A stretch of 64,000 bases of DNA, taken from contig OX597824.1 of NCBI GenBank assembly GCA_951406725.2, positions 30,504,001-30,568,000 of the forward strand, in the 5' to 3' direction. Every line of letters begins with the position of its first letter. Within the stretch, counting starts at the first letter, position 1. Origin of the DNA: Octopus vulgaris. Its lineage: Eukaryota. The position numbers and the translations under genes are program-made. Below are positions 23,138 to 37,501 of this stretch, piece after piece. The notes beneath the pieces are model-generated. The model was not told the DNA's origin and made no database searches. It worked only from the letters and a program-made list of their open reading frames with translations.

Positions 23138-25324
23138 CTTTTTATGGTCACACTATCTGCCAGAAATAACAGCCAAAGCTTTCTCAAATTATACCCTAGT
23201 GTATTAAAAGAAAATGAATATATTTGATATGTAATGATATCAAAGAGATAGATTCAACAGACATGGCTGCAATTTCTTTAATCGTAGATTTGCTCAGTCA
23301 GAGCTGATTTGTAGGTAAACAACATCTGCATTCTTGCACATACAGCATCACAGTTTCTATTTATGCCGCATGTATTTCAACAAGAACTTATTTCTATCTA
23401 CTAGAGAATTAGCAACTACTCAAAATTATACAACTTGGAGAGATATAAGATGTCAGTATTGTTTAAAAAGAAATTACTATAGTTTAATATGGGACAATTT
23501 TTTCAGGTTATGAGGGTTTTTTCAGTAGAATCAGTCTAAATAAGATTATTAAAGCTACATGCTTTTATGTTGAGGTTCATATACATTCAAAGACCAAAAG
23601 GCAATTTTAAAATATATTTTTCTGGAACTTCTTTAACATGAGTAAAAATCTCAGAAAGGGTTTTAAATGTATCAGTTAAGTTGGTCACAAAGTCAAAAAC
23701 TAATTAAGTATACCATATTCTGAAGGTTTCTCTGCCAACTATGCTGAAAATATGTTGCCATTGCTCTTCAGTTTTATGACTAATACTAGAACATCCTAAC
23801 AAACAAAACAGATGTCATATATAATACAACCATACATTACATATTTTACATTCAATTTCCCAGTTTGTGTACAAGATATGCGATAAAGTATTTTACAGTT
23901 ATTACCTCTTCCTCAATATAAATCATTCAATGATAGCCTATGGAGGCACTTTCAACTAAGGGACAACATCTTTCCATGAAACATCATCAACATCGTTTAA
24001 CGTCCGTTTTCCGCGCTTAGTCATATTTATTTAATACCAAAAAGTGGATGTGAAAGAGGATGCTATGCAACAGCTGGCAAGAAAAGCACCAAGATGTTTG
24101 TTTGCATGATGGAAATATGAGAAACCAACTATAATCTAACAAGAGTTAGATGTCAACTGGAAATATGCAAAAAGCAATGAAATGTTGAAGTAGAGGCCAC
24201 AGCTAGTATATAAAAGAAATATTACACAATGGAGACTAAACTTAAAAACCCTTCCAGAGAGCTCAGAAGGCTATTATACCGCAAATGGAAAATATCCAGA
24301 GAACAGAAAAAATTTCAACATAACATTCAGATTTACAAAATATTTAAAGCTCAATGCAAATACATGTATATAAATACATACATACATGCGCACACACATA
24401 CACACAAACATAATATATTGATTTATGATTGAAGGGCCATGCTATGGCTGGTTCAACAAATAGGTCTTGTCGAGCATGACTAGATACATGTGCGTGTGTG
24501 TGTGCATATATGTACCTTGTATCAACAATAAATATATGTATATACACATACCATAAATGTGTGCATGTGCATGCATGTGTGTGTATTTACACACACAAAC
24601 ACACACATGTATAACATATTGTGCAGAGAATGGTTTTGGCCATTTTAAGCTGAAGATCCAGACACTCCCACTCCCACACATATGACCTTTATTGACACCA
24701 GATATCATGTCCAGGCTTGCAACTTTATTATACCAAATGGATAGAAAGAGTGTATGAGTTGAAGTGCTATGCCAGCTTTATGGGACATAAAATTCTACAT
24801 CCATATTGCTGAGTTGCATGTTTTTTTGTTTTATTTTTATTTTTTGGAAACTACATTTGTTAAAAGTCAATAATGGTTTTCCTCAGACATGTGAACAACC
24901 AAGGTAAATGCATATGCATTATATGTATGTATGTATGTATGTACACGGTTTAGATGAGTGTATGGTTGTGTGTGTGCATGTATGTATTTATATACATGTA
25001 TTTGCATGCATGTATATGCACTGAGCTTCAAAGTTTAGATGAGTCAGAGACATTAACAAATATTTTTAGTTCATAGATTACAAGATCAACGGCTGATGAG
25101 TGTGTGCCCTCTCCCTTTCCTCTCTCTCAGCAACATTTCCACCCTTCCACTCCAACCCCAATTTCCATAATGCCACTCAGGACATATTCCCTTAGCAACT
25201 AAACTATGTGGCAACATGGAGATTTTCTCATTCTCAGCCTGCCTCTATAAGATCCTCAACAACACACACACACACACCTGCACACATACATACAGGCAAA
25301 TTCACACACTACTGCCACTGCCAC

Positions 25325-26465
25325 CACCACCAATGTTTTTACATCCACTTTTCCATGTCTGCATGGGTTAGAGAGAATTTGTCAAGGTAGATTTTTTTGT
25401 TGCTAACCCTCACGTTTCCATGTAAGGTAATGTTTCTCCATGACCAGACATGCTTCCATGGAAAATTGGAAACAAAGGACACCACTTGCATAACAGTGAC
25501 ACTCATTTACAATTATCATGTGAAATAAATGCAAGGCAGAGACAGTAATACACATGCACACACACAAACATGTATGTATATATGTATGTATCATGTATTT
25601 GACAGGCTTCTTGCAGTTTCTGCCTACCAAATCCACTTAAAAGGCTTTGCTTGGGCCAGGGTTGAACCTGGAATCATGTGTTGGGAAGCAAGCCACATAG
25701 CCATATCTGCATCTACACACATACACACACTTGCGTATGCATGAGTACAGACATGGCTGTGTAGTTAAGAAGTTCGCTTGCAACCATATGGTTTGGGGTT
25801 TAGTCCTACTTCATGACAACTTAGTCGTGTGAGACAAATTTGATAGTCAGACACTGCACAGAACCTGTAATTTGTATGCTGGGTAGGAGGAATAATGCAT
25901 ATAGGTGAGTGTTTGTCTATGTGTCTTCCTGCTGACATTGCTTGGGCAGCAGTGACGTTTTTGTCCCACATAAAGAAACAGCTCATCAGTCTCATTCAGA
26001 AGCAAAGATACTTCTGACCATACAACTTACACCTTCAATAGCAGTGTCCTCTAAAAATTATGTATGTGTGTGTGTGTGTGTATGATCATCATCAAAATCA
26101 TTTAATGTTCACTTTTCTATGCTTGTATGGGTTAGTTTTTGAAATGGATTTTTTTACAATTGGAAATGAATCACACTGCTTGTATGAGAGGTATTCATTT
26201 ACAACTATCACATGATGTCAAGACTCACACTTTATACACACACACACACATCAGATGGGCTTCTTACAGTTTCAGTCTACCAAGTCCACTCACAAGACTT
26301 TGGTTGGCCTGGGGCTATCGAAGAAGACACTTGCCCAAGGTAGCATGCAGTGAAACTGAACCTAGGTCCATGAGGTTGATAAGCAAACTTCTTACCACAC
26401 AGCTATGCCTGTGTATGTATAAATATAGGTGCAGGCATAGCTGTGTGTTTAATAAGCTTGCTTCA
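25325..26465. mobile_element. Mosaic of RTE-tail and family-A SINE fragments in both orientations
   Basis: RTE tails at ~25325-25540 and ~26085-26225 (-); SINE A at ~25610-25720 (-), ~25745-25870 (+) and ~26240-26410 (-). Confidence 0.7.
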
Positions 26466-27289
26466 CACACCTCCAGTAATAGCACATAAAAAATACAACT
26501 GTAACCCAACAATATAACGCAACTCACATTTAACATATTCCACACAACTTTCATGAAACACAATCAAGACCAGTTCAAAATATCCAAGAGGTATTGTTGC
26601 ACACAAATCCAGGATGTGGAGCAGGTGCCTTAGTAGTGCAGTAGAAATTCACATGAAATTCAGAAACATGATGATAACAATGATGACATCAAAATTTCCA
26701 TTTTGCTGTCAAGTGAAATAAAATTAAGCTATTTGAAACTGAATTTGAGAAGCTTTTATAGCAGTCATATTAATTTGATTAGCTATATAAAAGTTGATGT
26801 TTTAGGCAGTAGACTGTTTTTACATTTGAAATATAAACATACTTTCATTGCCCTAGCTGCTCTGAAATTCAGGCTTCACTGGTTTAGATCATGATTGTCT
26901 CTAAGAAAAGTATAGTAAGACAACAGAGTAACACTGTTAGTAGGAGAGGTTAGGAAAATAAAGGAGGATGAAATACTATAACTGAATAAAGTAAAAGAAG
27001 TTAAAAACAATTGAGAACAAGACTAGAAAAGGTGAAAAGTTTTTAGGAATTTTTTTTTAAAGAACTCAAAAATCAATTAGAGAAAAAATCACATATCTCT
27101 AAGGAATATTAAAAGCATTTATTTACTTTCACATATATTATAAAAGTTTGGTGTGATTTTCCAGATCGTTTATACACTTCACTTCAGAAAATTCAAACCT
27201 TAATACTAAACAAACTCTACTACAATGTGCAGTTATAATACCAGGTTACTTTGTTTAGTACAATATGATTGGTCTACATTATTCCATAA

Positions 27290-27513
27290 GGAGCATAGGA
27301 CCATTTTCCCAGTTCCTCTGACAAATATATTCCTCCCTGGATAGGACATCAGTCAGTCGCAGGGTTACTCATTCTCACCAGCTGAGTGGACTGCAGCAAT
27401 GAGAAATGAAGTGTTTTGCTCAGGAATGCAACACATCGCCCAGTTCAGGAATAAAAACCACAATTCTGTGATCATGAGTCCAACCCCTAACCATTAAGCC
27501 ATGCGCCCCCACA
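27290..27513 (-). mobile_element. tRNA-derived SINE (family C)
   Basis: Minus head GGGGGCGCATGGCTTAATGGTTAGGG, body GAGCAAAACACTTCATTTC…CAGTCCACTCAGCTGG…AACCCTGCGACTGACTGATGTCCTATCCAGGG; homologous to 54800-55097. Confidence 0.75.
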
Positions 27514-28329
27514 TTATAAGTATATTAGTACAATGTACTAACTTAAAATTAATCTACAAACATAAAAAATGTATAGATTTTAGAAGACAAACATAAGCAT
27601 GTGAATATATACAAATTATAAACTCTGTGCTTGACATCAAAAGGGTTAATTATGGTTATATATTTCTTCTCTAAAGCAGGAAATACACCATATTTTGTGA
27701 ACTATAAACACACAAAACACAAATAACTTCCCTTTTTGAAATGGATATTTTTCCCTTTTGTTACAACAACTGTGTGTCACAAAAAATGCCTTTGTTATGA
27801 TCACATCTACAAATGGATTTTTTAAAAGTTTCTTATCTATGAAAAAAAAAAATAATTGGGGAGGGTCACAAGATTAGATATATTAATACAAAGTTACTCC
27901 AACCATAAAAGCAGGTTATTTTACAATATTTCCAGACTTACCATTTTAGTCAGCTACTAATGTTATTTTTACATCACCTCATCTTTTCATATAGCTCTTC
28001 ATTGAAAGCCTGCCTGTTGTTACAGGCTATGTCTATATCTGTACCATCCCATATGTATGAGTAGCAGGATATTATATGTACTATGCATAACATCAGCAAC
28101 TCTTATGAATGAAGTATTTTGTAGCCTTGAAACAGAATTCAGCTTTTACAATGCAGATATGACTATGATAAGAACAGTCAGATTAATGTTAACATATCTT
28201 ATGTAAGGAATAGTCAAAAGTACTGGAAAGAAATGACATTTGTAGAGAATGTGATGGGGAGGGGGTTCTGCTGTTTTGTTTTTTATGAGGTTGGTTCTCC
28301 AACCGGTTTGGCAGAGAGTTGTGTCCACG

Positions 28330-29100
28330 ACCTTCACAGCCCCTCAAAGATAAGTGAAATTGAGGTAGTTGACAATGAAAGTAAGTACATAGGCAGGGAT
28401 GGAATTCCAGAGGAAGGACTGGACATAATGGTTAGCAAGAAGGAGGAGGATGGGGAGGAGAGATAAGTGAATTGTGAGCTGAATGAAAATGGTATAAGAC
28501 TAGTCAGTTCTATGGAACAGAAATGTGGTGGTGGTGGTGGCGGCAGTAGTAGTAGAAGTGGAGAGGGGGAAGGATAATGGGCCAGAGGTTGGAATATTTT
28601 AGCAAACAATTTTATGCCAATCAGTCAAGTGGTTTGGGCAGAGGAAAAGGAATCCACCAGGTCTTTATGTGTAACAGCAACACTATCCCAGATGCAGAAG
28701 CAGTACTGCATTGTGGGTCTCATTTGAGCTCTGTAAAGGGTTTAATAATTGTTGGAGGAAGAAATACTGTCTAGTCTTGAAATAGAAGACAGTTTTCTCT
28801 GTAGTGCAGTCTTTGCTATGCTGAAGAGGAGAGTTTGACAAAAGAGATTTTCAGTGATGGCGTGGACTAGCATTTGTAGCAACCTTGAGGATTCTGTGGG
28901 CATGATAATATTTATTTAATGTGCAGGCATATGTTATTGCTCTTTTGAGAGAGAAAATAGTGACATAACCCCATTGGAGAATATTTTCCAATAGCTGAGT
29001 CAGTGGAGTTGCCTTTCTTGGTAATATGACTCTAGCATTGGCTGAGTATTATTGATACAAAAGGAAATATGTCTGAGATCTACAGTGTCCATTGTCATTC
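28330..29100 (-). mobile_element. CR1/Jockey-group LINE 3' relic
   Basis: LYRAQMRPTMQYCFCIWDSV, RLI..FQPLAH, CSIELTSLIP, TNHYVQSFLWNSIPAYV: the typical post-RT motifs of this group. Confidence 0.75.
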
Positions 29101-29439
29101 CTACTAACTAAGGTCCTTCCTACTAACTTGTAACCTGAACTTTGTTCTTTTTCATGTCTTTTAAGCCTTTTATGCTATGACCTCTTTCAAGTTTTAATGC
29201 TTATTCACCATAAAGGTAATGGATGAAAGGGATATTATAAAAATGGAAGTGTTTATGTAGAATTTATTATGATGAAAAACAACAGCACACAAAAGGAACT
29301 TTGTATACAACAGGAGAAAGTCATCTGGAGACAATCACAGCTTCTGCCATGGACAAGTCCCCTCTTCGGTATTCTCCAACCAACTGGTGCATGGCAAGAT
29401 AGCCTGAAGTAAATGGGAACATAGGCTCATTTACTTGGG

Positions 29440-29960
29440 TCATACTCACTCCTATCACCTAATATTTTGGCAAATTTACTGGAAAGAAGCACACTGCCAG
29501 ACACCTAATATTAGTTATCAATTTACCCATACTGCAACTTTAAAGAGACAGGCTGCGTCAAACAATGAATACACCTTCTCACTGTCCAGGAAACTCTCCA
29601 GATGTTGCAGCTTCAGCATGTGAATGTTCACCATTAGCCATGAGTAACCAACACTCTCTGTGCAGAGAGTGCTGGTACCACATGGACCTTCTAACCAGTT
29701 GAACATGTTCCCTCTACAAAAAACAAAACAACCAATATTCCAACCTGGTCAGGTAATAACAGGGGTAAAGCACAACAGTCAGGCAGAAATAAATAATGGA
29801 GGTGACGTATGCCTGTTCCACCTCTGCTCAATCTTTCAGGAGCGTAACTCAATATTCGGCTCATAATCTCATCCCAGTTCCTGAAATCTAACATGAATCA
29901 GTGCCAAAGCATCTTGACAGAGGATTGTCAGCCCAGCAACACTTAATACCTGCCAGCATG
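29440..29960 (-). mobile_element. L1/Tx1-clade ORF2 relic (post-RT region)
   Basis: TLLKD*AEV…YFCLTVVLYP…LTRLE, LFCFL*RG..VQLVRRSMWYQHSL, HMLKLQHLESFLDSEKVYS. Confidence 0.65.
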
Positions 29961-30454
29961 AACTGCAAGTGCCAAGCTGCAAGCTACTAATTTGATCTAG
30001 TTAATACATGCCCCTTTTACTGTTACATTTTTCTTCAGCCAACCAACTCAATTTCTTAAGTGTCCAACACTATCACAGTGATGTCAACTGCAAATGACAA
30101 CACAATACAATAATAATAAACCATTGATCATAATCATAAGCTGAGTTTGATATGTTCGAAATATAGTTGTTTTTATATAATGTAATTTTCTGAGTACTGA
30201 TTTGGTTCCTTGTATCTTTATATGCATAAATCACCATAAAAACATAAAATTATAGCTTTAACATATGTTACTTTCCTGATTTAGCAACACAGAAGACACA
30301 ATTGCATGAATCTCTGATACAATAACATTGATACAGTACTTAATAAATGAAAGAAATAAACCTAGTTTCAAAAACTGATTACTAAAAGAAAGAATGATGG
30401 ACATACTAGGCCATATGATTATGAAATCAATCATTGTCTTATATCCCTAGTAAA

Positions 30455-30498
<44 letters not shown>

Positions 30499-31000
30499 CC
30501 CTGCTGGCTTCTGATAATACAGTAAACAGAAGGTGTCATTATTACTAAAATTTTAAGTGGTTATGTATGAAAGGCTATCCATTTGTAAAACAAACTATTC
30601 CAACAACACCCATCCTATCCAAACTTACATGGGAAAAAAATTACTGCAAAATAAAGCACTTCTACATTGCTTGCTGGCTATTACATGACTATGTTGAATA
30701 GTGATTGTAATCTATTTAGAACAGATCTTTCTTCTGGAAGTTAATCAGTACACAACACAAAAATTCTCTTCCGTATTGGCTCTGATATGGTTAAATTAAT
30801 TTAGCAGCATCCATGTGAGTGTTACAAACTAATCAATTCATTTTAACAAATATTCACTGAAAATTATCTTCATTAGATAGCAAGTCTTTCAGTTTTAACA
30901 TCTCATTTTTACAAATTACTACAGAATATTTCCACAAGTATTTTTCTAAGCTTTATCTTTGTGAAGAAACTTTAAAATTTCATTAATTTAAAAATATTAC

Positions 31001-31036
31001 CATATAGTTCGAACGTGTAAAAGCTTTTAAACAAAC
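31001..31036 (-). CDS. Candidate 36-nt exon
   Basis: Acceptor GCTATTTTCAG|, donor ATG|GTAATA; open as VCLKAFTRSNYM (phase 0) or LFKSFYTFELY (phase 1); retains CpGs. Confidence 0.25.
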
Positions 31037-32345
31037 CTGAAAATAGCAATTTTATTTCTGAAAGTATTCAATGTTAAGTACTTGCTTTGGCAATATATAA
31101 ATAAGCACTAAGCAAGTCAATATCATATTTACTTGAATTCAATGCAATCTCAAGTATAATGCAACTCATACTGCTATGCCCAAAAACTAGTGGCATATTT
31201 TATCATTTAACATTCCCTTTCCATGGCATGAATTGAACAATTCAACAAGATCTAATAAGTTAAAGGACTGTACAAAGCTTCAATTTCCGCTTTGGTAAGG
31301 TTTATGCTGGATACCCTTCTAATGCCAACCACTTTCCACAGTGTACTGGGGGATTTTTATGTGGCACTGGCACCAGTGAGGTCATTACGTAACTTGCAAG
31401 ACAAATCTTCTCAGACATTAAAGCTTTGCACAATGTTACCCATTACTTTTATTCCTGATGTTTTTGTAGTAAATTTCTTACATCACAGATGGAGAAAAGA
31501 GTAATTATTCAGTGAATGGCAGTTAAAAGAATATCAAGTGTCACTACAACCAAGTTTAACAAAGCTGATTATCTAACTGTACAATCATATATCAAAACAA
31601 GGACTAGGTGTTGAAGAATACCTTGAAACATCAGATATATCATTAGCCTATTAAATGGAGTGAGCAAGAAAGATTAAAATTTTATTTCCATTAAATTTTT
31701 AGAGTTATCTTCCTTGCCATCCCTCCACCACAGAATTAGTCATTTAGAGGATGATTGTTCTCATCACTAAGGGTATAATTTTAATTAATTAAAATTTCTG
31801 GGCTCACTCCTCAAGTATGCTAGCAATTAAACATAAGCCAACTTGTATAACATTGACTGCAACTTCTTGCTACTATTACAACATAGTCTTTAATCTCATT
31901 TAATTATCAGTTGAGAATCCACTGACTCACAACTGAGTTGTGCTCACAGTGAAACTATGCATACCGTGGAACAGTCTTTTTTATGACAGAAATAGAAATC
32001 TATTTTAGCAAATGACATTTCATTGCTTTCTTTTTAACATACACACAAAATTTGCAGTATCTCAGGAGGGTCATTATGCCAACAGTAAACACACATATAA
32101 TACACTTGTTCTATTTCACAATTTTATAATTTATTTGTCAATTGATGAACCAATTACCTAATCAATTGCTTCATTAATCATTAGTCTAATCAATCAATCA
32201 GTTAGGTTTGTCAAAGTCCTTTCATCAGTATTCACAGCCTGGTCAATGACATGCCCTCACTACTTCAGATCTACTTCTTATCTCTAACTGAGTTCATATC
32301 AAGAATCTTGCAAATCAAATACAAAAACACCATACACACAAATTA

Positions 32346-32899
32346 CAGTGATACCTCACAGTACGAGTTTAATTCATTCCATGATCGAGCTTGTTTTACG
32401 ATTTACTTGTTTTTTACTTGATCTCATCCATTTTCTTCAGGATAGAGCAGATCGTCAATGCTTCGGCCATATTGATGTGCTATGTCCACTACACACACCC
32501 CTCTCTCATGTTTATCAATCATTTCCTTCTTCAATTCAATTGTAATCAGCATTTTCTTCTCAGTACTGTCCTTTGCACTAACCTTCATAGGGCCCATGGC
32601 TAACACAACTAATTATTATGAAATAACAGCAAAAGAGCACAAAACTAAAGAAAAAAAAAACACTGGGAAAAACACAATAGGGATGTTGCCACAACGAGAT
32701 AAACACATGAACTGAGTGAGCGGAGGCTGTGCTTGTTGGAAGAGCATTTGTGAGCTCAGCGCCAACTAGCGGTTACTTGTATGAAACTTGCTTGTACAGC
32801 AGACTTCCACTCGTACTTCAAGACAAAAATTTGCACGAGCCTCAGCTCATACAGCAAATTGCTTGCACTATGATGCACTCGTACTGTGAGATTCTATTG
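32346..32899 (-). mobile_element. Tigger/pogo-type non-autonomous DNA transposon
   Basis: TA TSDs; TIRs CAGTGATACCTCACAGTACGAGT / ACTCGTACTGTGAGATTCTATTG; minus peptide MGPMKVSAKDSTEKKMLITIELKKEMIDKHERGVCVVDIAHQYGRS (CENP-B-like N-terminal HTH). Confidence 0.9.
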
Positions 32900-35800
32900 T
32901 ATTATTAAATAGCCTTGTTTTACATCTTGCAAAATTCCAAATTTTAAAAATTGTATCAGACTATTTTCTACATTTATAATAATGAAAAATTATCGTTTTA
33001 ACGCAGACAAAATATAAAAAATTACAAAACATAAAAAATATGCAAAGAAAGTGAATATAAATACAATGTTATAATTTAATTAAAAGTTCATATGAGTAAA
33101 CTTCTATATTTAATAATTACAATTTAATATCTTTAACTATATACAAAACCAATCCTAATAACATTATTATCCCCAAAGCAAAAATCCGTATATTTGAATA
33201 AATATATACTATTGAGAAATTCACAAAATTAACGAGTTTGCACAAAATAATAATTTAATAATAAATTTATGATGTTCTTATTCACATTGGTAGAATGAGA
33301 CTAAAGTAATGAATGAAGAGAAAGTGAGTATTAATTGCAGACATTAAATGTATGTGTGGAAAAGTGAAAGAATCACAGAGAGCTATCATATGGTTTTGAC
33401 TGGAGTAACAGGTATTTTGATCAAAATGAAAACAAAAATTTTTAGTAAATCTTGCAAGAAATATATTTTCTCAAATTTCATAGTTCAAAAGTGTAACTTT
33501 GTGATTATCTTTTTTTACCACCATGAATAATATCAGGAAATAAGTATATGTACAATAGTTATAATTTAACTTTTATCAAATTTCTTGGTGCTCAAACAAA
33601 ATGATTAAATTAATGCTAATTTTCAAAAGGAAAAACATTTATTCCTTTATATTTAAATAAAACAAATTTTTCATTCAAATAACTCCACCCGTAACAACTC
33701 TGTAATTTACTCCCTCTTCTCTTCCTTCTATATCTATGATTCTTTCTCACTGTGTGTATAGCATTCCTTTATTTATTGGCAGCCATTAAGCCTAGTACAT
33801 ATACTCATCCTACACCTCCTATGTTAACTCTCTTTTACTCTCATTCTCTCTCACTATATTATGTAAAGCATGACTGGAGAGTCAACCAACCAATCAACCA
33901 GTATTTATATTGGCTATTATTATGTAGAAATTTTTCTTTTAGGTACGAAATTTAACAATAGTTTCTCCCATCATTTTGAATGGATGCACCATTTTCTGAA
34001 ATTAATAAAACTGTCATCATTTTTGAAGAAAATGAATATGCTGGTTACAACATAATCAACCAATAATAGAACTAACCACAGTAAAAAAAAAAAAGAGGAA
34101 AGGTTTCACAACTCATGAAATATTAGATTATTGCTCACAGGAGATAAAGAAATTATAGCATGTAAGAGATAAAGACAGCTCTGTTTAAACTGGAAAATAA
34201 AAACAGATTAAAATAGAACTTGAAACAACCAAATATTATAGAACATGAAGCAATGTGATACGATTTACATACTAAATTGAAGTTTGACTTTCACATATCT
34301 AAGAACACATTCTATGTGGGTTTTCTAAAGTTTTAACTACACTGCAGGACATAACTGATTTATATAAGATATACAATTCTTTTCTTTATTTCAGTGTCAT
34401 GATTTAGAAATGTCAGCAATTTAATATGAAATCCCAAGACACATTTAACTGATCTGAAGGTACCAGAGTGCAGAATTCATCGTTAAGCAGAAATAACACA
34501 TCCTTAGAGGGCTGTCTTTTGGTATTCTTTAATTTTTTTGTATTCTTAATCTAAATAAAATAACTTTCAATATCAGTTGCTTTGCATAAACAAATTTGAA
34601 ATACAAATAACAGATTAAATGCTAAGATTTTCCAACAGATGATATGAAATGAGTTGGTTGAAATTTATTAGGCACTAGGTGTTCTAATAATTTTTTTTTT
34701 AATTAGGCACAAAACTACATGCTTTAGAAAGTAGAATGAGAACATATAGCTCACAGTCTTACCTAGAGGCATTGGTACAGTAGTAAAGCCATTTCTGCAA
34801 TTGATTAAACTGAGATTATAGGTTTCATTATCTAGAAACTAACAAAATTAGCAATGGGTATGAATGACAAGTATATATTTCTATAATTCTATTTTACAAA
34901 TCATAAAAAAAATTTTTTTTAATTAAGAATTAATTCATTAAAATGATTCCATTGATGAAATAGAATCTAAATTTTCTTCTTTTTATTTGTCATTTTTCTA
35001 AAATATATTGATATACTGATTTATCCCAGCAAAAGATGGAAAGGACTGAAACTAAATTTGGCTAAAAGAAATTCCATTTACATTACCTCAAATACAATTG
35101 AGTAGAAGTGTTAAGCAGACAGTGCTTGTGCACCAGTTATAACTATCACACCTATGCAGTTAATATCCTCTGAATTTACCATTCAATCTTATTTCTTTTC
35201 AACAATAAATCTGAGATCTTGGCGCCAATATCGAGACTAAATATTCAATTCACATTGTCATCAAACACAGCAAATCAATATATAATACATTCAAAACCAA
35301 AAGAAAAATATTTAACCACTTGAAAAGATAAAACCACCCAATTTTATTACACTGAACACTGGGAAAGAACAGTTAGATAACATAAATCTTACACCAATGA
35401 AATATTTTCTAAAGCAGAGTATTATTGTTGATTGTATGAACCATATCATCAGAATCTTTATTACTATACCCCGGCAATTCATTTTGTAGTTCAGTAAGAA
35501 ATCTACATTTTCCTATACTGAACCAAAAAAGGTATTCCCAACATGGTCGCTTGACTTGCTAGAAACAGCCGTTAAATTGCCTTAATATCACACTGCCATC
35601 TTAAATAAAGAAAGCAGAATCTGAAAAAATATGAGACAATCACTGCTAAATCATTTAACTGAGTGCACAATTTATAAATTAATTCAATCAGCATCTAAGC
35701 TTAAATGTTTTAGATATTTCTTTAGAAAACACACATAATATGTACACACATATACAAATGGATGCATAACTATGTGTTTAAAAATGTATAAAAATTACTA

Positions 35801-36696
35801 TATGCAGAACTAAGAATTCTCAGTGCATATTAACAAGCTTTTAAATACTACTTTGAATAAAATGCCTAGAAGATAAAAGCAATATTTCAGTAAGTGATCT
35901 TATTTCTATAACATTTACTGATACATCCATTAGTTTCTCCCTAATGGTGATTTCAGATTTCAATAAACAAAAGCTATTGCAGAGAAATTCACTCTTCTGT
36001 CAGAGTTAGGAGAAAATGTAGCAGAATCTCTTCAACCCATTCATCTTCAGTTTCTTTAGTTGTTCAACATAAGTAGATATATAAAAAATAAAAATATTAA
36101 TCAAGATTCTTCTTTTTCCTCTAAGTATTCATCTAATTGTTACTCCATCGCTATTATCATTATAGCGTTTACTTTTCATCAGATATAAAATATAGATCAT
36201 TTCTAAGATGTAAGAAAGAATGTATTATGTCAATAAAGAAATGCTTAATGTGAGATCTAATTTTAACATGTCTACTCTAGTCATTCATACTGTTCCTGTC
36301 AACTAGGTTTTTACAATAAAAGGTAAGTTTCAATCTCAAAAGAAAAAGCTTCAAAATACTACAAAATAGTGTTAACTGGCAATGTATTTCTGAATTCTTA
36401 GCTGGAAACATGATAGATGTTAGTTCAATACTTATGTTAATGAAGTGAGAAAACTTAAAGAGTTTTCCAGTATAAGGAGACACAAGGTGCAAGTACACTT
36501 CACTCCATCTTCCATATACATAATGCAGAAAAGATTCTGATGGGAATTTAAAAGAATAGAAACTTTTGGTACCGTAACATTTTAATTTGTAGGAAACAAA
36601 AGTCAGAGACAATTACTTTTAAATCTGAAACAGCATTAGCAGTGGCTACAAAAAGTTAAGTATTAGTCAGCATTCAGATAACTCCAATAAATATAT

Positions 36697-36840
36697 ACAT
36701 TACATTATATACATGCATTGCATTACATACAATGCATTACACTACACACATACATTGCATTACACACATACATTACATCACATACATACATTACATGCAT
36801 ACATAACATGCATACATACATACATAACATACATACATTG
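36697..36840. repeat. Complex (ATTAC/ATAC)n microsatellite
   Basis: Directly visible tandem units. Confidence 0.85.
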
Positions 36841-36842
36841 TT

Positions 36843-37359
36843 GTGACCACCTTTGGTCATGAATGACCGACCATGAGTTTGCACCTAGAAAGTTACCCTC
36901 CAAGGCACAAGTCCGGGCAAGTTTGTTTATGGAAGACCAGCAGTCACCCATGCATACCAACCTCCCCTCTCCACACCACTGATGTTATCCAAGGGAAAGG
37001 CAAAGGGGCCCGATACAGCTTGGCACCAGTGACATCGCAGCTCATTTCTTAATATGTAAGTGGCTGAGCACTTCACAGACACATGTACCCTTAACGTAAT
37101 TCTCAGGGAGATTCAGTGTGATACAGAGTGTGACAAGGCTGACCCCTTGATATACAGGTACAACAGAAACAGGAAGAAAGAGTGAGAGAAAGCTGTGGTG
37201 AAAGAGTATAACAGGGTTCACCACCACCCCTGCTGGAGCCTCATGGAGCTTTAGGTGTTTTCGCTCAATAAACACTCACAATGTCCAGTCTGGGAATCGA
37301 AATCATAATCCTATGACAATGAGTCTGCTGCCCTAACCACTGAGCCATTGTGCCTCCAC
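36843..37359 (-). mobile_element. tRNA-headed SINE plus adjoining interspersed repeat segment
   Basis: Minus head GGAGGCACAATGGCTCAGTGGTTAGGGCAG…TTCGATTCCCAG; body AAGTGGCTGAGCACTTCACA…GAGATTCAGTGTGA shared with 42885-43420. Confidence 0.7.
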
Positions 37360-37501
37360 ATACATACATACACACATACACATACAAGATTTCCTAAATG
37401 GAAAACAATTACCTAAATAATATTCATTTTCAATATCTAACAATCAGACAAAACTATTTTTACAGCCAAAAAGAAAAAGAATATAACTACTGCAAATTGT
37501 T

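Noticed and set aside
36277-36612. 111-aa minus-strand ORF
   Set aside because: No recognisable motif and no good donor site; compatible with chance.
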